NCBI GenBank assembly: GCA_000004985.1
Contig: GG738861.1
Length of the DNA stretch: 64,000 bases
Source of the DNA: Naegleria gruberi
Taxonomy: Eukaryota
Strand: one strand, 5' to 3'
Shown here in pieces: positions 9,974 to 21,517 of the stretch; within the stretch, counting starts at the first letter, position 1, and each line of letters starts with the position of its first letter. The notes under the pieces are model-generated. The model was not told the DNA's origin. It searched no databases and saw nothing but the letters and a program-made list of their open reading frames with translations. The position numbers were made by a program, and so were the translations under genes.

Positions 9974-12900
9974 ATGCAAAGAGTGATAACCAGCCAATCA
10001 AAAAAGAAACTCTCCTCATCACAACAATTTATTTGGTTGTCGCTCTCTCAACAAACCTCTTCTTCTTCATCAGCTGTTGCCGCCAATTTTTCAACAAGTC
10101 AAAATTTACTTGTCGATGAGAGGGATAAGAGATTTTCACATACCATTCTTCTTCCGAAATCAAATTTTAAAACAAAGGCTTCATTGGAGGAGGAACTTAC
10201 AATACAACAAATAAGTAGAGATTATGCCTATACTAAATTAAAGGAAGATAGATTGAAGAGTGGAGCAAAAAGATTTACACTTCATGATGGACCTCCATAT
10301 GCAAATGGTACTCTTCATACTGGTCACTTTTTGAACAAGGTATTGAAGGATATTACAAATAGATTTAAACTTCTTACTGGTCACTTGGTTGAATTTATTC
10401 CAGGTTGGGATTGTCACGGTTTACCAATTGAAAGTAAAGTATTCCAAGAAATTAAGAAGAAGAAAAAAGGAACTGAAGGAATTACAATTTCTGGAACTAA
10501 AGATCCAATTATTAGAAAATTAGCTAAAGATTTTGCTGAACAAGCAATTCAATCACAATTGAACGATTTTAAACGTTGGGGTGTTATGGGAGAATGGGAT
10601 AATCCATACAAGACTATGAATCCAACATTTGAAGCCCAACAATTGAGAATTTTCCTTGACATGTTAAATAAGAAATATATTTTCAGAGGAAAGAAACCTG
10701 TTTATTGGTCTCCATCGAGTGGAACTGCATTGGCTGAATCCGAATTGGAATATCCAGATGTACATATATCAAAATCATGTTATGTCTTATTCCCAATTAC
10801 TACATCAAATACTGAAATGTCTCAAAAGTATGGTGAATTATTTGCCACTGTGTGGACAACTACTCCTTGGACATTGATTGCCAACGAAGCCATTTCCTAC
10901 AATCAAGATATAGAATATTCAATTATTTATGACTCTGAAAAACATAGAAGACTTATTATTGCCTCAGAATTAATGAAAAGCGTTTGTGAAAAGACTGGTA
11001 TTAAGAATTTCACTGTTTTACAAGCTATGAAAGGAAAGGATCTCTTTGTTAATAATGATATTTTAATGGGAGATAAGGTGTCATCCTATGTTAATCCATT
11101 GACTTCCTCCGTTACAGATAAGAAACTTCCATTTTTGAATGGATCTCATGTTACAACTGAAGTTGGTACTGGTCTCGTTCACACAGCTCCAAATCACGGT
11201 ATTGAAGATTTCCAAGTTGTTAAAGATAATAGCTTACCAATTGGACCTTGCTTTGTTGATGAATATGGTAAATATAATTCTCAAACTCCACTCCCACACT
11301 TGATTGGTCTTCCTGTATTGAGTGTTGGTAATGAAAAGGTTGTTGAAATGTTGCAAGGAGATTTGTCACAATATTTGCTTCTCAAAGAAGATTATTCACA
11401 CAGATATCCATACGATTGGAGAACTAAACAACCAATTCTCATCAGAATGACTGAACAATGGTTTGCTGAATTGAAAGATTTGAAGAATGTTGCCAAGGAA
11501 TATGTCGATGAAAAGATTGAAATGATTCCAAGTTCAGGAAGAAATCGTCTCAAGTCCTTTGTTGAATCTAGAGATGAATGGTGTATTAGTAGACAAAGAA
11601 CATGGGGAGTTCCTATTCCAGTATTCTATAAGGAAAATAATCCTTCAGAATATTTAGCAACAAGTGAAAGTATTGAACATGTGATTAGTCTTGTTGAAAA
11701 GCATGGTACTGATTGTTGGTTTGAAATGAGTGAAGATCAACTGCTGTCTCCTCAATACAGAAATCAAGGATGGAAGAAGGGAACTGATACACTCGATGTA
11801 TGGTTTGACAGTGGTACAACCTGGTTTGGTGTTGTAAAGGCCTCTGGTATTCCTCTTCCAGCTGATGTTTATTTGGAAGGTTCTGATCAACATCGTGGTT
11901 GGTTCCAATCGTCACTTCTCACAAGTTTGGCCTATCAAGGTGTTCCTCCATACAAGAAGATTGTTACTCACGGTTTCGTTACTGATGAGGCTGGAAAGAA
12001 GATGAGTAAATCAATTGGTAACACAATTGAACCAGAATCAATCATTAGTAAGCAAGGTGTTGATGTATTGAGACTTTGGGTAAGCCATAGTGACTTTTCT
12101 GTAGATGTTTCAATTGGTAAGAATGTCATTGAAAAAGTTTCTACCAATTTGAAAAAGATCAGAAATACTGCCAAATTCATGTTGGGTGTATTGGAAAATT
12201 ATGATCCAAACTTGCCAGTCTCAAAGGAACAACTTGTTGAAGTTGACTATTATATTATCAATAGAGTTAAACAATTCTGTGATCAAATTACGGAAAGCTA
12301 TGAAAACTTTAACTATTACAAGGTTAATCAACTTTTAATGACATTTACTTATGAACTCTCTTCATTTTACTTGGATATTGTTAAGGATAGACTCTATTGT
12401 GGAGAGGAAGAGGCAAGAAAACCTTCTCAAAAAGTTATTCATTACATTTTGGATTGCTATACAAAGGCTCTCTCCCCAATCATTTGTCACACTGCTGAAG
12501 ATATTTATCAATCAATGGAATTCAAGAAGAATAAGAGTATTTTCGAAGAAGGGTGGTTCATTAAGCCAGAAGATTTCTTCCAAGGCATTGAACTCCCTCA
12601 AGAAGAAAAAACAACTGAAATGTTTAATCAAGTTATTGAATTGAGACAAGAAATATTCAAATTGATTGAAAAGGCAAGAATGGATAAGGTTTTCAGAACT
12701 TCCAACGAAGTCAAAGTAACCATCGAAAGTGTAGAATCAGAGAAATTGATTCAAGCCATTCAACCACTTCTCTCGCAAAGTACAAAACAAAATAAGAATA
12801 CTCAACTCGAAGATATTATGATGGTTTCATCAGTAGAATGGTTGAAAGGAATTAATCCTAATCCTCTCTACACTCTCCAATACGAAACCAGTTTAGATTC

Positions 12901-13036
12901 TAAAAAAGTTTCACTTTCCATTTCTAAGGCAGACCTTCATAAATGTCCTCGTTGTTGGAGGTTTGCGAGTGTTGTAGAGAATGAGCCTTGTGGAAGATGT
13001 GCTCATGTTTTGGAGCACAATCACCAATACCATTAG
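9974..13036 (+). CDS. Isoleucyl-tRNA synthetase, organellar (bacterial type 1) form with N-terminal targeting extension, 1020 aa
   Basis: HIGH motif region PPYANGTLHTGHFLNK. KMSKS motif KKMSKSIGN. C-terminal zinc knuckle CPRCWRF...CGRCAHV typical of bacterial/mitochondrial IleRS. S-rich N-terminal presequence. Confidence 0.9.
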   Translation: MQRVITSQSKKKLSSSQQFIWLSLSQQTSSSSSAVAANFSTSQNLLVDERDKRFSHTILLPKSNFKTKASLEEELTIQQISRDYAYTKLKEDRLKSGAKRFTLHDGPPYANGTLHTGHFLNKVLKDITNRFKLLTGHLVEFIPGWDCHGLPIESKVFQEIKKKKKGTEGITISGTKDPIIRKLAKDFAEQAIQSQLNDFKRWGVMGEWDNPYKTMNPTFEAQQLRIFLDMLNKKYIFRGKKPVYWSPSSGTALAESELEYPDVHISKSCYVLFPITTSNTEMSQKYGELFATVWTTTPWTLIANEAISYNQDIEYSIIYDSEKHRRLIIASELMKSVCEKTGIKNFTVLQAMKGKDLFVNNDILMGDKVSSYVNPLTSSVTDKKLPFLNGSHVTTEVGTGLVHTAPNHGIEDFQVVKDNSLPIGPCFVDEYGKYNSQTPLPHLIGLPVLSVGNEKVVEMLQGDLSQYLLLKEDYSHRYPYDWRTKQPILIRMTEQWFAELKDLKNVAKEYVDEKIEMIPSSGRNRLKSFVESRDEWCISRQRTWGVPIPVFYKENNPSEYLATSESIEHVISLVEKHGTDCWFEMSEDQLLSPQYRNQGWKKGTDTLDVWFDSGTTWFGVVKASGIPLPADVYLEGSDQHRGWFQSSLLTSLAYQGVPPYKKIVTHGFVTDEAGKKMSKSIGNTIEPESIISKQGVDVLRLWVSHSDFSVDVSIGKNVIEKVSTNLKKIRNTAKFMLGVLENYDPNLPVSKEQLVEVDYYIINRVKQFCDQITESYENFNYYKVNQLLMTFTYELSSFYLDIVKDRLYCGEEEARKPSQKVIHYILDCYTKALSPIICHTAEDIYQSMEFKKNKSIFEEGWFIKPEDFFQGIELPQEEKTTEMFNQVIELRQEIFKLIEKARMDKVFRTSNEVKVTIESVESEKLIQAIQPLLSQSTKQNKNTQLEDIMMVSSVEWLKGINPNPLYTLQYETSLDSKKVSLSISKADLHKCPRCWRFASVVENEPCGRCAHVLEHNHQYH

Positions 13037-13922
13037 ATGATGGTGGTGGAGGACAATTTCTTACTCATATTGATTTAATACAACCGGTGTTGCCCTGAGG
13101 ACAATGTCGTGAATAGTACTAATAAATCCTCTATCAGAACAAAATAACCCAATTGCCTATTTTTCAAAATAGAACACAACGTTGATAATAGTGGTGGTGT
13201 TTATTGGTGAATCAGTTTAATTGAAGATAATATGGATTTATTGTTTTCTAAAGCAACTGATTGTATTAACCCTTGAAGACCCTCAATATTATTGAATACA
13301 AAGTAAGATAATTGGAAATGTTTCAATCACCTCTTCGATATCCTTAGAGTTACTTGGAATTTCTTTGTATTTAAAGAAATAAAAGATTCTTTTGCTTGGA
13401 AATTGGATAGAAAAAACCTTCCACGGATACCGCATCACTTTGAATTATCCCTTCCATTTTCAAGCTTCATTTTTGTGACGAAAAACGATAAAATTTTCGC
13501 TTGATTTTTTTCCAGCCCCGAGCTTGCAAAGTGAGAGGACGGCTTCTAATTTACTTTCTATTTCGATGCCCCAGTCTTACGCTTGTCCACCAGCTACAAA
13601 CCTTTTTCAATAGCAAACTTGAACAATAAACAGAAGAAAAAAACTCAATATTATCCAATGATGTTGTGATAAAGCAATTTATTGTTAGTTTTTGTTTTCA
13701 TGAAGTAATAATAAGTTATTGCTCTAAATTGTTTTCTTGCTTACTACCACCATCACGAATATTTTTTATTGTTGTGATGATCGAATTAGAAGTTGAAATG
13801 GAAGCTGTCCTCCCACTTTGCCAGCTAGCCGGTGGAAAAAATTCTGATGGTGAAAAGTGGACAAAAAGTCTCCAGCGATTTTGGAAGGGATACTTTGAAT
13901 CATCATTTATTATTAAAAAAAA

Positions 13923-15200
13923 ATGACCAACAAGAGAAATTCAAAGAGACTCTCCCAAGTCGATGAATCAGCAAATAATGGTGGTGCTTTAGGAGAAACA
14001 TATTTTGGTTCTCGTATTTGGTTGAATAATGTTGGAAAAGATGGACGTGCAACAAACACTGCAAGTGGAGGTGGTTACTTGTTTACCAATGAAGAAGAAA
14101 TTAAAGAACAACGTAAAGGTGTATGGGACATGGTCAAAAAACTCGGTGGAGCTTTATTGGAAGGAAAAGATCTTGTTTCCGTCTCGTTGCCAGTGTACAT
14201 TTTTGAACCTCGTAGTTTCTTGCAACGTTTGCCAGATATTTGGGCTTTCCACAGTCTTTTAACTGACGCTGCTGACCAAAAAGATCCTGTTCAAAGATTT
14301 ATTAGAATAATCGCTTTTGGTATTGCCGGATTACATCAAACGTGTGTCCAAAAGAAACCATTTAATCCAATTCTTGGTGAAACATTTGAAGGATCATTTA
14401 GTCACAGTAGTGATCCATCGAAGGATATTCATCTTTTTGTTGAGCAAACTTCTCATCACCCACCTATCACAGCTTATGAAGCTCAAGGAAAAGATTTTAG
14501 ACTCCACGGTTATTGTGGATACCAGGCTAGTATTAGAGGAAATGCATTGAAAGGAGGTCAAATAGGACCAACATTTATTGAATTTGAATCTGATGGTGCT
14601 GTTATTCAATATTCTCAACCACTCTTGTGGTTGAAGGGTATTTGTTGGGGAGACAGAGTTCTTGAATATTATGACAAGATGAGTTTTACTGATGCTAAAA
14701 ATCAATTAACTTGTGATATTCAATTTAATCCTGATCAAAAGAGTTTTCTTGGATCTTTCTTTAGTAGTCAAAAAACACCAGTTGATTATGTGAAAGGAGA
14801 AGTTAAGAAAGATGGTCAAGTTATCGGAGTTATTGAAGGAAGTTGGTTGGGAAATGTCTATTATTTACCAAATCAAACTTCTGATTCACTCTCATCAATG
14901 AAGGAAAAGGAAAAATCTGAATTAGAGAAATTAGAATTATTCAATATTGCAGCCCAAATGCCAAGATATTTAAGACCTTCTGATAATCCACTTCCATCCG
15001 ATGCTCGTTTCAGAGAAGATGCTGTTGCTCTTCGTAATGGAGATCAAGAATTGTCTCAATTAAAGAAGGAAGAATTAGAAAACAAACAAAGAAAGGAAAG
15101 ACAATTGAGAAAGACTGGAAGTAGCAAAACCAGCTTATCAAGTGCTAATTCTCAAAGCGGAACTGATTTAGTGACTGCTATTAATAACAACCAAAATTAA
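13923..15200 (+). CDS. Oxysterol-binding protein-related protein (short ORP, ligand-binding domain only), 425 aa
   Basis: OSBP fingerprint EQTSHHPPITAYE. ORD-domain length. ATG start. Confidence 0.85.
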   Translation: MTNKRNSKRLSQVDESANNGGALGETYFGSRIWLNNVGKDGRATNTASGGGYLFTNEEEIKEQRKGVWDMVKKLGGALLEGKDLVSVSLPVYIFEPRSFLQRLPDIWAFHSLLTDAADQKDPVQRFIRIIAFGIAGLHQTCVQKKPFNPILGETFEGSFSHSSDPSKDIHLFVEQTSHHPPITAYEAQGKDFRLHGYCGYQASIRGNALKGGQIGPTFIEFESDGAVIQYSQPLLWLKGICWGDRVLEYYDKMSFTDAKNQLTCDIQFNPDQKSFLGSFFSSQKTPVDYVKGEVKKDGQVIGVIEGSWLGNVYYLPNQTSDSLSSMKEKEKSELEKLELFNIAAQMPRYLRPSDNPLPSDARFREDAVALRNGDQELSQLKKEELENKQRKERQLRKTGSSKTSLSSANSQSGTDLVTAINNNQN

Positions 15201-15488
15201 GTCACTCCCGAGTCATTTTGTTCATCAAACTCTAATCTGTTCGATGAACTATCCAGCTTTGTACAGTAAAAATTTAAAATTATTTATTTAGTTTCTAATT
15301 ATTAATATTAATTATTAAATTATTAAGAAGATATTTGAATTTATTATTTATTCTAGCATGTTAGAATAATATTTCTTTTACAGAGTTTTGTGATTGGCGG
15401 GAAAATATCTACAAAATGTGTGTGGATCAATTTGAAGGAACAATCTAAGCACCAACTATTGATAACTTGCACAAAGAATACAAAAAAA

Positions 15489-16678
15489 ATGGGCAAGAAG
15501 AAACAATCCTCCAATCAAAAGAACAAGACCAAAGATGAAGATTCATCATGGGATGAAGTGGCACAAATGGCTGCTCGTAATGAAGTAGTAGAACAACAAG
15601 GAAAGAAAAAACAAAAATCATCTTCCGAACAATCCAATAATACAACAGCAACAAATAGTTCATCCAACAATACAACAGGTATACCTTTCACTGATCAACA
15701 AATTCGTCATCTTGTTGAAACTTTATCAGCTCGTTTGAAGAATGAAGAGAAGGCTGAATTGGAAACAATTGAACAAGAAACTGTAAAAACAATTTCCGAT
15801 TTAAAGCTTGAAGTAATGCAAAAGCTTGGAATGGATTCTTCTCAATCCGATAAATTAAAGACAGTAACTCAAGTTTTGGATAAACATTTTGATGGAGTTG
15901 CAAAGCAAAATTCAGAATTAAAACGTGAAAATGCTATTTTGACACTCCGATTGCAAACAAGTGAAATCAGAGGTGTAGAAGGTATGTAATTTAACAGATC
16001 TGTTGAAAGATTATTCACACAAAATTGATTTAATTAGTTGACAAACAACTTGCTACCGTAAAGGAACAAAAGGACAAACTTCAACAAATGTGCAATCTTT
16101 TACATGAAAATAATCAAGATATTCTCAATGCTTATGAAACAACAAAGAAGGAACATTCTGAAAAGTATGATTCATTGGCTAAGAAATTTTCTGATGCATT
16201 GGAAGATATTCGTGTAAAGATGGAAGCTCAAGCTGAGGAAAGAATTCAAGTCGAAAAGGAAAAGGAAACTCTTCATTATCAACTTGAAATTTACAAGCAA
16301 CAAATGGATCTAGTTGCAAGACAAGGTCAAAATGAAACAAAGAAGGTTTCCTTAGAAAAGCAATTATACGAGGCTAAATTTGAAGAATTGTTGGACTCCT
16401 TAACCAAGAAAGAAAAGGAAAATTTAACATTGAAAAAGAAAGTCGAAACAGCCAACCATGAAAGAAATATCATGTCCAAACAACTCAAAACATCACAATC
16501 CAAGATGGACGAATTCACAAAAACTGTCCAAGAAACCAAGAATAGTTTTGTTACATTCCAAAATAGGATTAATCATTTGGAAGAAGAGAATAAGGCATTG
16601 AGAGAAAAATTAAAGAAAACTCTTGGTTTAGATCAAGAGGTTAAAAAGAAAGCCACACCATCTGTACAAAATCAATAA
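15489..16678 (+). CDS. Coiled-coil protein (K/E/Q-rich, taxilin-like architecture?), 2 exons approx 15489..15981 and 16038..16678 (~377 aa)
   Basis: Track ORFs 15390..15989 (GTG-started) and 16088..16678 join through a GTATGT...TTAATTAG intron (15982..16037, phase 1). The junction reads ...IRGVE-V-DKQLATVKEQKDKLQQMCNLL... First true ATG at 15489 (MGKKKQSSNQ). Heptad-rich sequence throughout. Confidence 0.6.
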
Positions 16679-16687
16679 ATTATTAAC

Positions 16688-19600
16688 TTATTTATTCTTT
16701 TCATCTGAGAATAGCAAGATATGCAAGAGATCTTCATTTCTAACGTGGGCAAACTCGTTTTCATTAGAAATTGGAAACTTGAATGTACCATGCTTTAGAA
16801 CAAACACTTTGTGTACTTCATGACCTGTTTTGAATTTGACAATTTCTTTAAACTGGTCAAGTGTTGATGAGGATGGATAGTTAAGAATGAAATTGTCCTT
16901 AGTGTCATTATCAATGACCACATAGACACACTTGTTATTGTTTGGAACTGGCATAAGTTGTTGGTTAACCTTATTCCAATCAATATCCTTTCCAAACACA
17001 AAATTACCAAACATTTCAACATCATTAGTGGTAATTGGGTTGTCAAAGTTTGTTGTTTTGAGTGGAATTTCTGTTGCATGTGTTTGGAATACTTGTAATA
17101 ATTCACAAACAAAGTCAAGTTTTGGCCTCTTGGAAGGAGTTAATTGAATCATTGAAATTATTAATCTTTGAATCAAGTTTGGATAACCCAATTTTTGAAG
17201 AGTTTGGGCAATAGCAAAATGAGTCAGCGTTTCATTGGAAGAAACAGCTTGGTGGAATAGATATTTCTTTGAGCCTTCCTCTTCTTCTATGCTTACATCC
17301 AATTTAATTTCAATATCCAATGTTAGCAATTCAAATAAAACACAACCAAAACTGAAAATATCCACAGAGGTATCAAAAGAGGCTGTCTTTTTAACAATGA
17401 AAGCCATTTCAGGAGCAATAGTGATAGGAGAACCTCTGGCTGATACTGATTTGTCGTAATTCCAATTTCGCATCAGACCAAAATCACCAATTTTTGCAAT
17501 TTCTTTTCCATTCTTCTCAATATCTAATAAAATATTATCAGCCTTCAAATCTCTGTAAACAAAACATTTTGAATGCATATGTCGAATGCCATAAGCAATT
17601 TCTAATGCAATATTAAAAGCATTAGGTACAAATAAATTGCCTTGTTCTCTCAACTTGTCAATTCTGTCTCTCAAATTTTCCTTATATAAAGGCATGACAA
17701 TATAACACTGGAAGCCAACATTTGCCTGATCATAACCATAATCAATGTAAGGAACTAAATTATTGTGTTCTCCCAATTCTTGAACACATTTCACTTCTGT
17801 TAAAAAGTTATTCACGTCGTTCTCGAAATACACCAAGTGCAAAGTTTTGATAGCAAATTTCTTGGCAGTATCTCTATCAATAGCTTCATAGACTGTTCCT
17901 TGACCACCTTGTCCAACTCTACCACAAATAGTGTACTTGCCAATATTTCTCTCTTTTTGTCCATCGTTCAGGATCCAAATAGTCTGCTCTTGGAAACATT
18001 CCTTTGCAAGATATTCAATAATTATTTCAGGAAGTAAATTGTGGTGAAGAGAAACTTTGGAAAGGGATTCAATGAGCATATCGCCAAGTCTACGATATTC
18101 ACTTTTGATTAATAGTTTCAGTTCAAGTTCTTTTTGCTTTCTTGTGGCTCCAGACTTCATGTCCATTCTGGTAAGTTTGGCTTTGAATAATACAGAAATA
18201 ATTTCATTTCTCAAAATATCCATTACTGAACCTATCATTTGTCTTTCATTGGTATCATACACTACACTTGGATTAAATGTAAACATAGTTGGATTTTTCT
18301 TATATCTCTTAAAGAATAAGACATCCAGAGTTGAAAGTAGGACCACAACTAAAAACATGTCGACGACCATCGGGTCTGATTTAAGAAACATGGTTTTGAA
18401 TTTTCTTGCAAGAGAATACTTGTTATTGATACCGAACCAAGAAGTATAAATACCAATCAGTTGGTCATAATTGTCTGGAACTGACATTAGTTCAATTTTC
18501 CTCTCAATAACATGAATGCAGTTAGGTAATTGATGAAGTCTCAGAGATGGCATAGTTTGAGGTGCAGTTGGTAACTGATGTCTGTACATGTAATGATATA
18601 GAGATTTGGCAAAGAGTGTAAGCTTGTATTCGTCAAGAACAGAAATGAATTGCATGGAAAATAAGTGAGATTCGTTTTCCCTGAAAAATCCAAAGTTCCA
18701 ATGCATATCCTCTCCATTACCTAAACAATGGATATAGAATTCGACCATTTTTCTACATTCCTTTTTCTTTTCCATTTTCAATGAAGTTTTTTCAGTCATT
18801 CTGTTATCTGTAAAGTTCAAATAATTGTAGAATCTACTTAATTCATCCTTTACACCCAAATAATAATTCTCTGTTTGCTCAATTCTATCAATAATCTCTC
18901 CAAGAATGGTAACTTTTAATTCCTCTCCAATGTTTCTAATATTTCTCTTGTACTTGATTGAGTTACAAATAAAGGAAAAGTTTGGTTCCATATCCTTGAT
19001 CTTGAAATATAAATATCTCAATATGAAGGAGAATGGAATATAAGTCTCATCTACAGTAATTGTTTGTGTGTGTTTGTAACCCTCGAAAAATCTAGTGATA
19101 TCTCTGCATACTACCACAGATTTGTCCTTACAATGTACTCTCAAGAGATTGTGTACAAGTATTGATCTATTCGAGCAGGAACTAACTAGAGAAACTGAGG
19201 AGGCTACTTTCTCTGGTTTAGAATGTCTCCTTCCAAATAAGTAAACATCTTGAAAATCTGATACTAAATATACACAATCACTCTTATACCATCCACCTTC
19301 TGAGTCTGCTGTTAGTACATCAACAATCAAGTGGCTGTCTGTATTAATCAAAACAGGAATGTCACTATTTACACAAGCACCAGAAATGTAGACCTTATCA
19401 TTGGTAGTAAGAAAGCAGATATTGTCTTGAGTTGGATGAAGTGAGGTCACTCTATTCTTTTCCTTCTCAAAGAATGTTAACTCAACGGGTACACCCTTTA
19501 CATCTTCCTTATGCCCAAGACCCAGTTGGCCTCTATCATTCTTTCCATAAACCAAAATAACTCCCTTTCGTGAGAGCATGTAGAAACTGCTCGAAGATGC

Positions 19601-21361
19601 TTTCAGTTGGGCTATTGAATCATTTCCATCAAGAATTTCAAATATTCCAGGAAGTTCTGTTGGTTGTGAGATACATTCCTCAATAATATTTAAATTCAAA
19701 GAATCTGCAATAGCCTTGGAATAAATATCAGATAAATTTTCTCTATTGGATCTGTTTTTACCACAGACTAACACTCTACCTTCAGAAGTTAAAAATAATG
19801 TCCAATCATAACCACAATGCACATCAATAATCTTATCATTTTCTAAAGTAAAAATGAATTGAGGAGTTCCAATACCATGATTTTTGTTGTACAATCCCAA
19901 AGCGAGCTCACCATGTGAGTTACTGCCACAACCATACACTCTTCCCTCTCTCGTTAGAAACATAATGTGCCTATAACCAATGGAGACTTTGGTTATGTGT
20001 TCATTATCAAAGTTGAATGGAATTTTAGTAGGAATTGTTGGAGGTAGATGTTTAGTCTCTTCTTGAGCTGAGAGCATGGAACAGAATGTTGACTGGGCAA
20101 TATCTGATACAGAGTGAGCATATGATTTTGGACCTTCATCGAATCCTGTCAATGTGGCCTCCGAGGTCATGAATCCTAGAGATTTGAGAGATGTTTGCTG
20201 TTTATCGGCAGCAGAAATTGCAGATTTTGTCTTTCCATTTCCAATAAACTCTATTGGTGTTCCCTCAAAGATGAATTCATCTGTATGACCAACTCCCAGC
20301 ATTCCTCTCTCGTTAATTCCACAAGCCCAAACTTCATTATCATTAAGGACCATTACTGTACATGATTGAGCTGTTGCTATTATTCTACAATCTTCCAAAT
20401 TAAATTTGAAATCTTTCTTATTATTTACATTACTCTCAGGATCGAGATATTCGATTTGATTATCCTCTTGATGTTTTGATGTATTGTCCTTCTTCAATTT
20501 TAATCGAGCATAATTCTTAACCAAGTATTCCTGTTGATATTGAGGTATAAATGTCGAAGAGGCTGAAGAATTTGTTGAGGCCAAGCTTTTTACAGAGTTT
20601 CTTCTTGAGCTACTATTGGATCCAGTAAAAGTATTGGAGGAAATTGAGCTATTTGTGGCACGATCATCAAACACTGCATTTGATCCATTTCCCAAGAAAA
20701 AACATTCTTGATTTTGGTTAAATCCCTTACATAAAAGAAGAGGATAATCTACACCAGGTCCAGAGAAGTGAATTCCACCCTCGGAACCTGTACTAGAAGA
20801 TGATTGGGTTGATTCATTACCCTTCTTTTTTGAACTCTTACCAATTTTCTTCTCCGACATGTCTGGTAGCTTTTGAGATGGTACAAGTTCGAAAAGAGAA
20901 GGAAAATCAGCAAGTCTACTACGTGTTGATGAGTGTGGGTGTTGAAAGAAGGGAGTCATACTAGATGTTGATTTTGGACCTATAGATGAATTCGTCCTCA
21001 GTGTAGCATCCATATGATAATGAAATTGACCAGCTTGTTGTTGTGCTTGAGAATAATTCATTCCTCCGAACGTACTAATATTACTACTATTATTCGTTAT
21101 CGTCGTCGACTTGAATTTTCCTCCATCATTGTTCATTGAATAATTTGCAAAATTCATTGAAATATTGTGATGATTAACAATATCACTCGCACTCGATGTT
21201 GACAACTCATCGGACGTACTGGTTGCTGTTGTTGCAGTTGTTGTATTGCAATTGTTGGTGGATAGCATTGGTGAGAAAAGGTAAGAAATCCTCCACCGTA
21301 TGAAAAGATACTTTTTTTTGCTATTATGATTTGAACACATCGTAGTAAATGCTTCGTTCAA
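16688..21361 (-). CDS. Large multidomain protein: N-terminal S/T/N-rich region, several RCC1-like beta-propeller repeats, C-terminal Ser/Thr protein kinase domain (1557 aa)
   Basis: RCC1-type repeats (GINERGMLGVGHTDE, GCGSNSHGELALG, GKNDRGQLGLGHKED). Kinase subdomains GQGGQGTVYEA...AIK, HRDLKADNILLD (as VYRDLKADNILLD), DFG (IGDFGL), APE (IAPEMAF). True ATG start. Confidence 0.8.
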   Translation of the reverse strand: MNEAFTTMCSNHNSKKKYLFIRWRISYLFSPMLSTNNCNTTTATTATSTSDELSTSSASDIVNHHNISMNFANYSMNNDGGKFKSTTITNNSSNISTFGGMNYSQAQQQAGQFHYHMDATLRTNSSIGPKSTSSMTPFFQHPHSSTRSRLADFPSLFELVPSQKLPDMSEKKIGKSSKKKGNESTQSSSSTGSEGGIHFSGPGVDYPLLLCKGFNQNQECFFLGNGSNAVFDDRATNSSISSNTFTGSNSSSRRNSVKSLASTNSSASSTFIPQYQQEYLVKNYARLKLKKDNTSKHQEDNQIEYLDPESNVNNKKDFKFNLEDCRIIATAQSCTVMVLNDNEVWACGINERGMLGVGHTDEFIFEGTPIEFIGNGKTKSAISAADKQQTSLKSLGFMTSEATLTGFDEGPKSYAHSVSDIAQSTFCSMLSAQEETKHLPPTIPTKIPFNFDNEHITKVSIGYRHIMFLTREGRVYGCGSNSHGELALGLYNKNHGIGTPQFIFTLENDKIIDVHCGYDWTLFLTSEGRVLVCGKNRSNRENLSDIYSKAIADSLNLNIIEECISQPTELPGIFEILDGNDSIAQLKASSSSFYMLSRKGVILVYGKNDRGQLGLGHKEDVKGVPVELTFFEKEKNRVTSLHPTQDNICFLTTNDKVYISGACVNSDIPVLINTDSHLIVDVLTADSEGGWYKSDCVYLVSDFQDVYLFGRRHSKPEKVASSVSLVSSCSNRSILVHNLLRVHCKDKSVVVCRDITRFFEGYKHTQTITVDETYIPFSFILRYLYFKIKDMEPNFSFICNSIKYKRNIRNIGEELKVTILGEIIDRIEQTENYYLGVKDELSRFYNYLNFTDNRMTEKTSLKMEKKKECRKMVEFYIHCLGNGEDMHWNFGFFRENESHLFSMQFISVLDEYKLTLFAKSLYHYMYRHQLPTAPQTMPSLRLHQLPNCIHVIERKIELMSVPDNYDQLIGIYTSWFGINNKYSLARKFKTMFLKSDPMVVDMFLVVVLLSTLDVLFFKRYKKNPTMFTFNPSVVYDTNERQMIGSVMDILRNEIISVLFKAKLTRMDMKSGATRKQKELELKLLIKSEYRRLGDMLIESLSKVSLHHNLLPEIIIEYLAKECFQEQTIWILNDGQKERNIGKYTICGRVGQGGQGTVYEAIDRDTAKKFAIKTLHLVYFENDVNNFLTEVKCVQELGEHNNLVPYIDYGYDQANVGFQCYIVMPLYKENLRDRIDKLREQGNLFVPNAFNIALEIAYGIRHMHSKCFVYRDLKADNILLDIEKNGKEIAKIGDFGLMRNWNYDKSVSARGSPITIAPEMAFIVKKTASFDTSVDIFSFGCVLFELLTLDIEIKLDVSIEEEEGSKKYLFHQAVSSNETLTHFAIAQTLQKLGYPNLIQRLIISMIQLTPSKRPKLDFVCELLQVFQTHATEIPLKTTNFDNPITTNDVEMFGNFVFGKDIDWNKVNQQLMPVPNNNKCVYVVIDNDTKDNFILNYPSSSTLDQFKEIVKFKTGHEVHKVFVLKHGTFKFPISNENEFAHVRNEDLLHILLFSDEKNK

Positions 21362-21517
21362 ATTTGGTAAGCGGTATTTTAGTTTACAAGCTAGTATTTT
21401 TCTGTTGGAATTAGAGTGAGTTTATTGCAATGTTAAAATCAACTTATTCTCCATCATACACATTTGTGGATATCGAAAATATATTAAAATTTAAATTGAA
21501 AAGTAATTTTTAATAAA

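Noticed and set aside
13666-13926. 86-aa ORF immediately upstream of the OSBP-related gene
   Set aside because: Hydrophobic junk-like sequence (MIKQFIVSFCFHEVIISYCSK...) ending exactly at the ORP start codon. More likely 5' UTR or promoter than a gene; at most a uORF.
17235-18449. Plus-strand ORFs (17235..17459, 17837..18037, 18057..18449) antisense to the RCC1-kinase gene
   Set aside because: Serine/leucine/isoleucine-rich antisense translations of a highly expressed-looking coding region. No conserved motifs.
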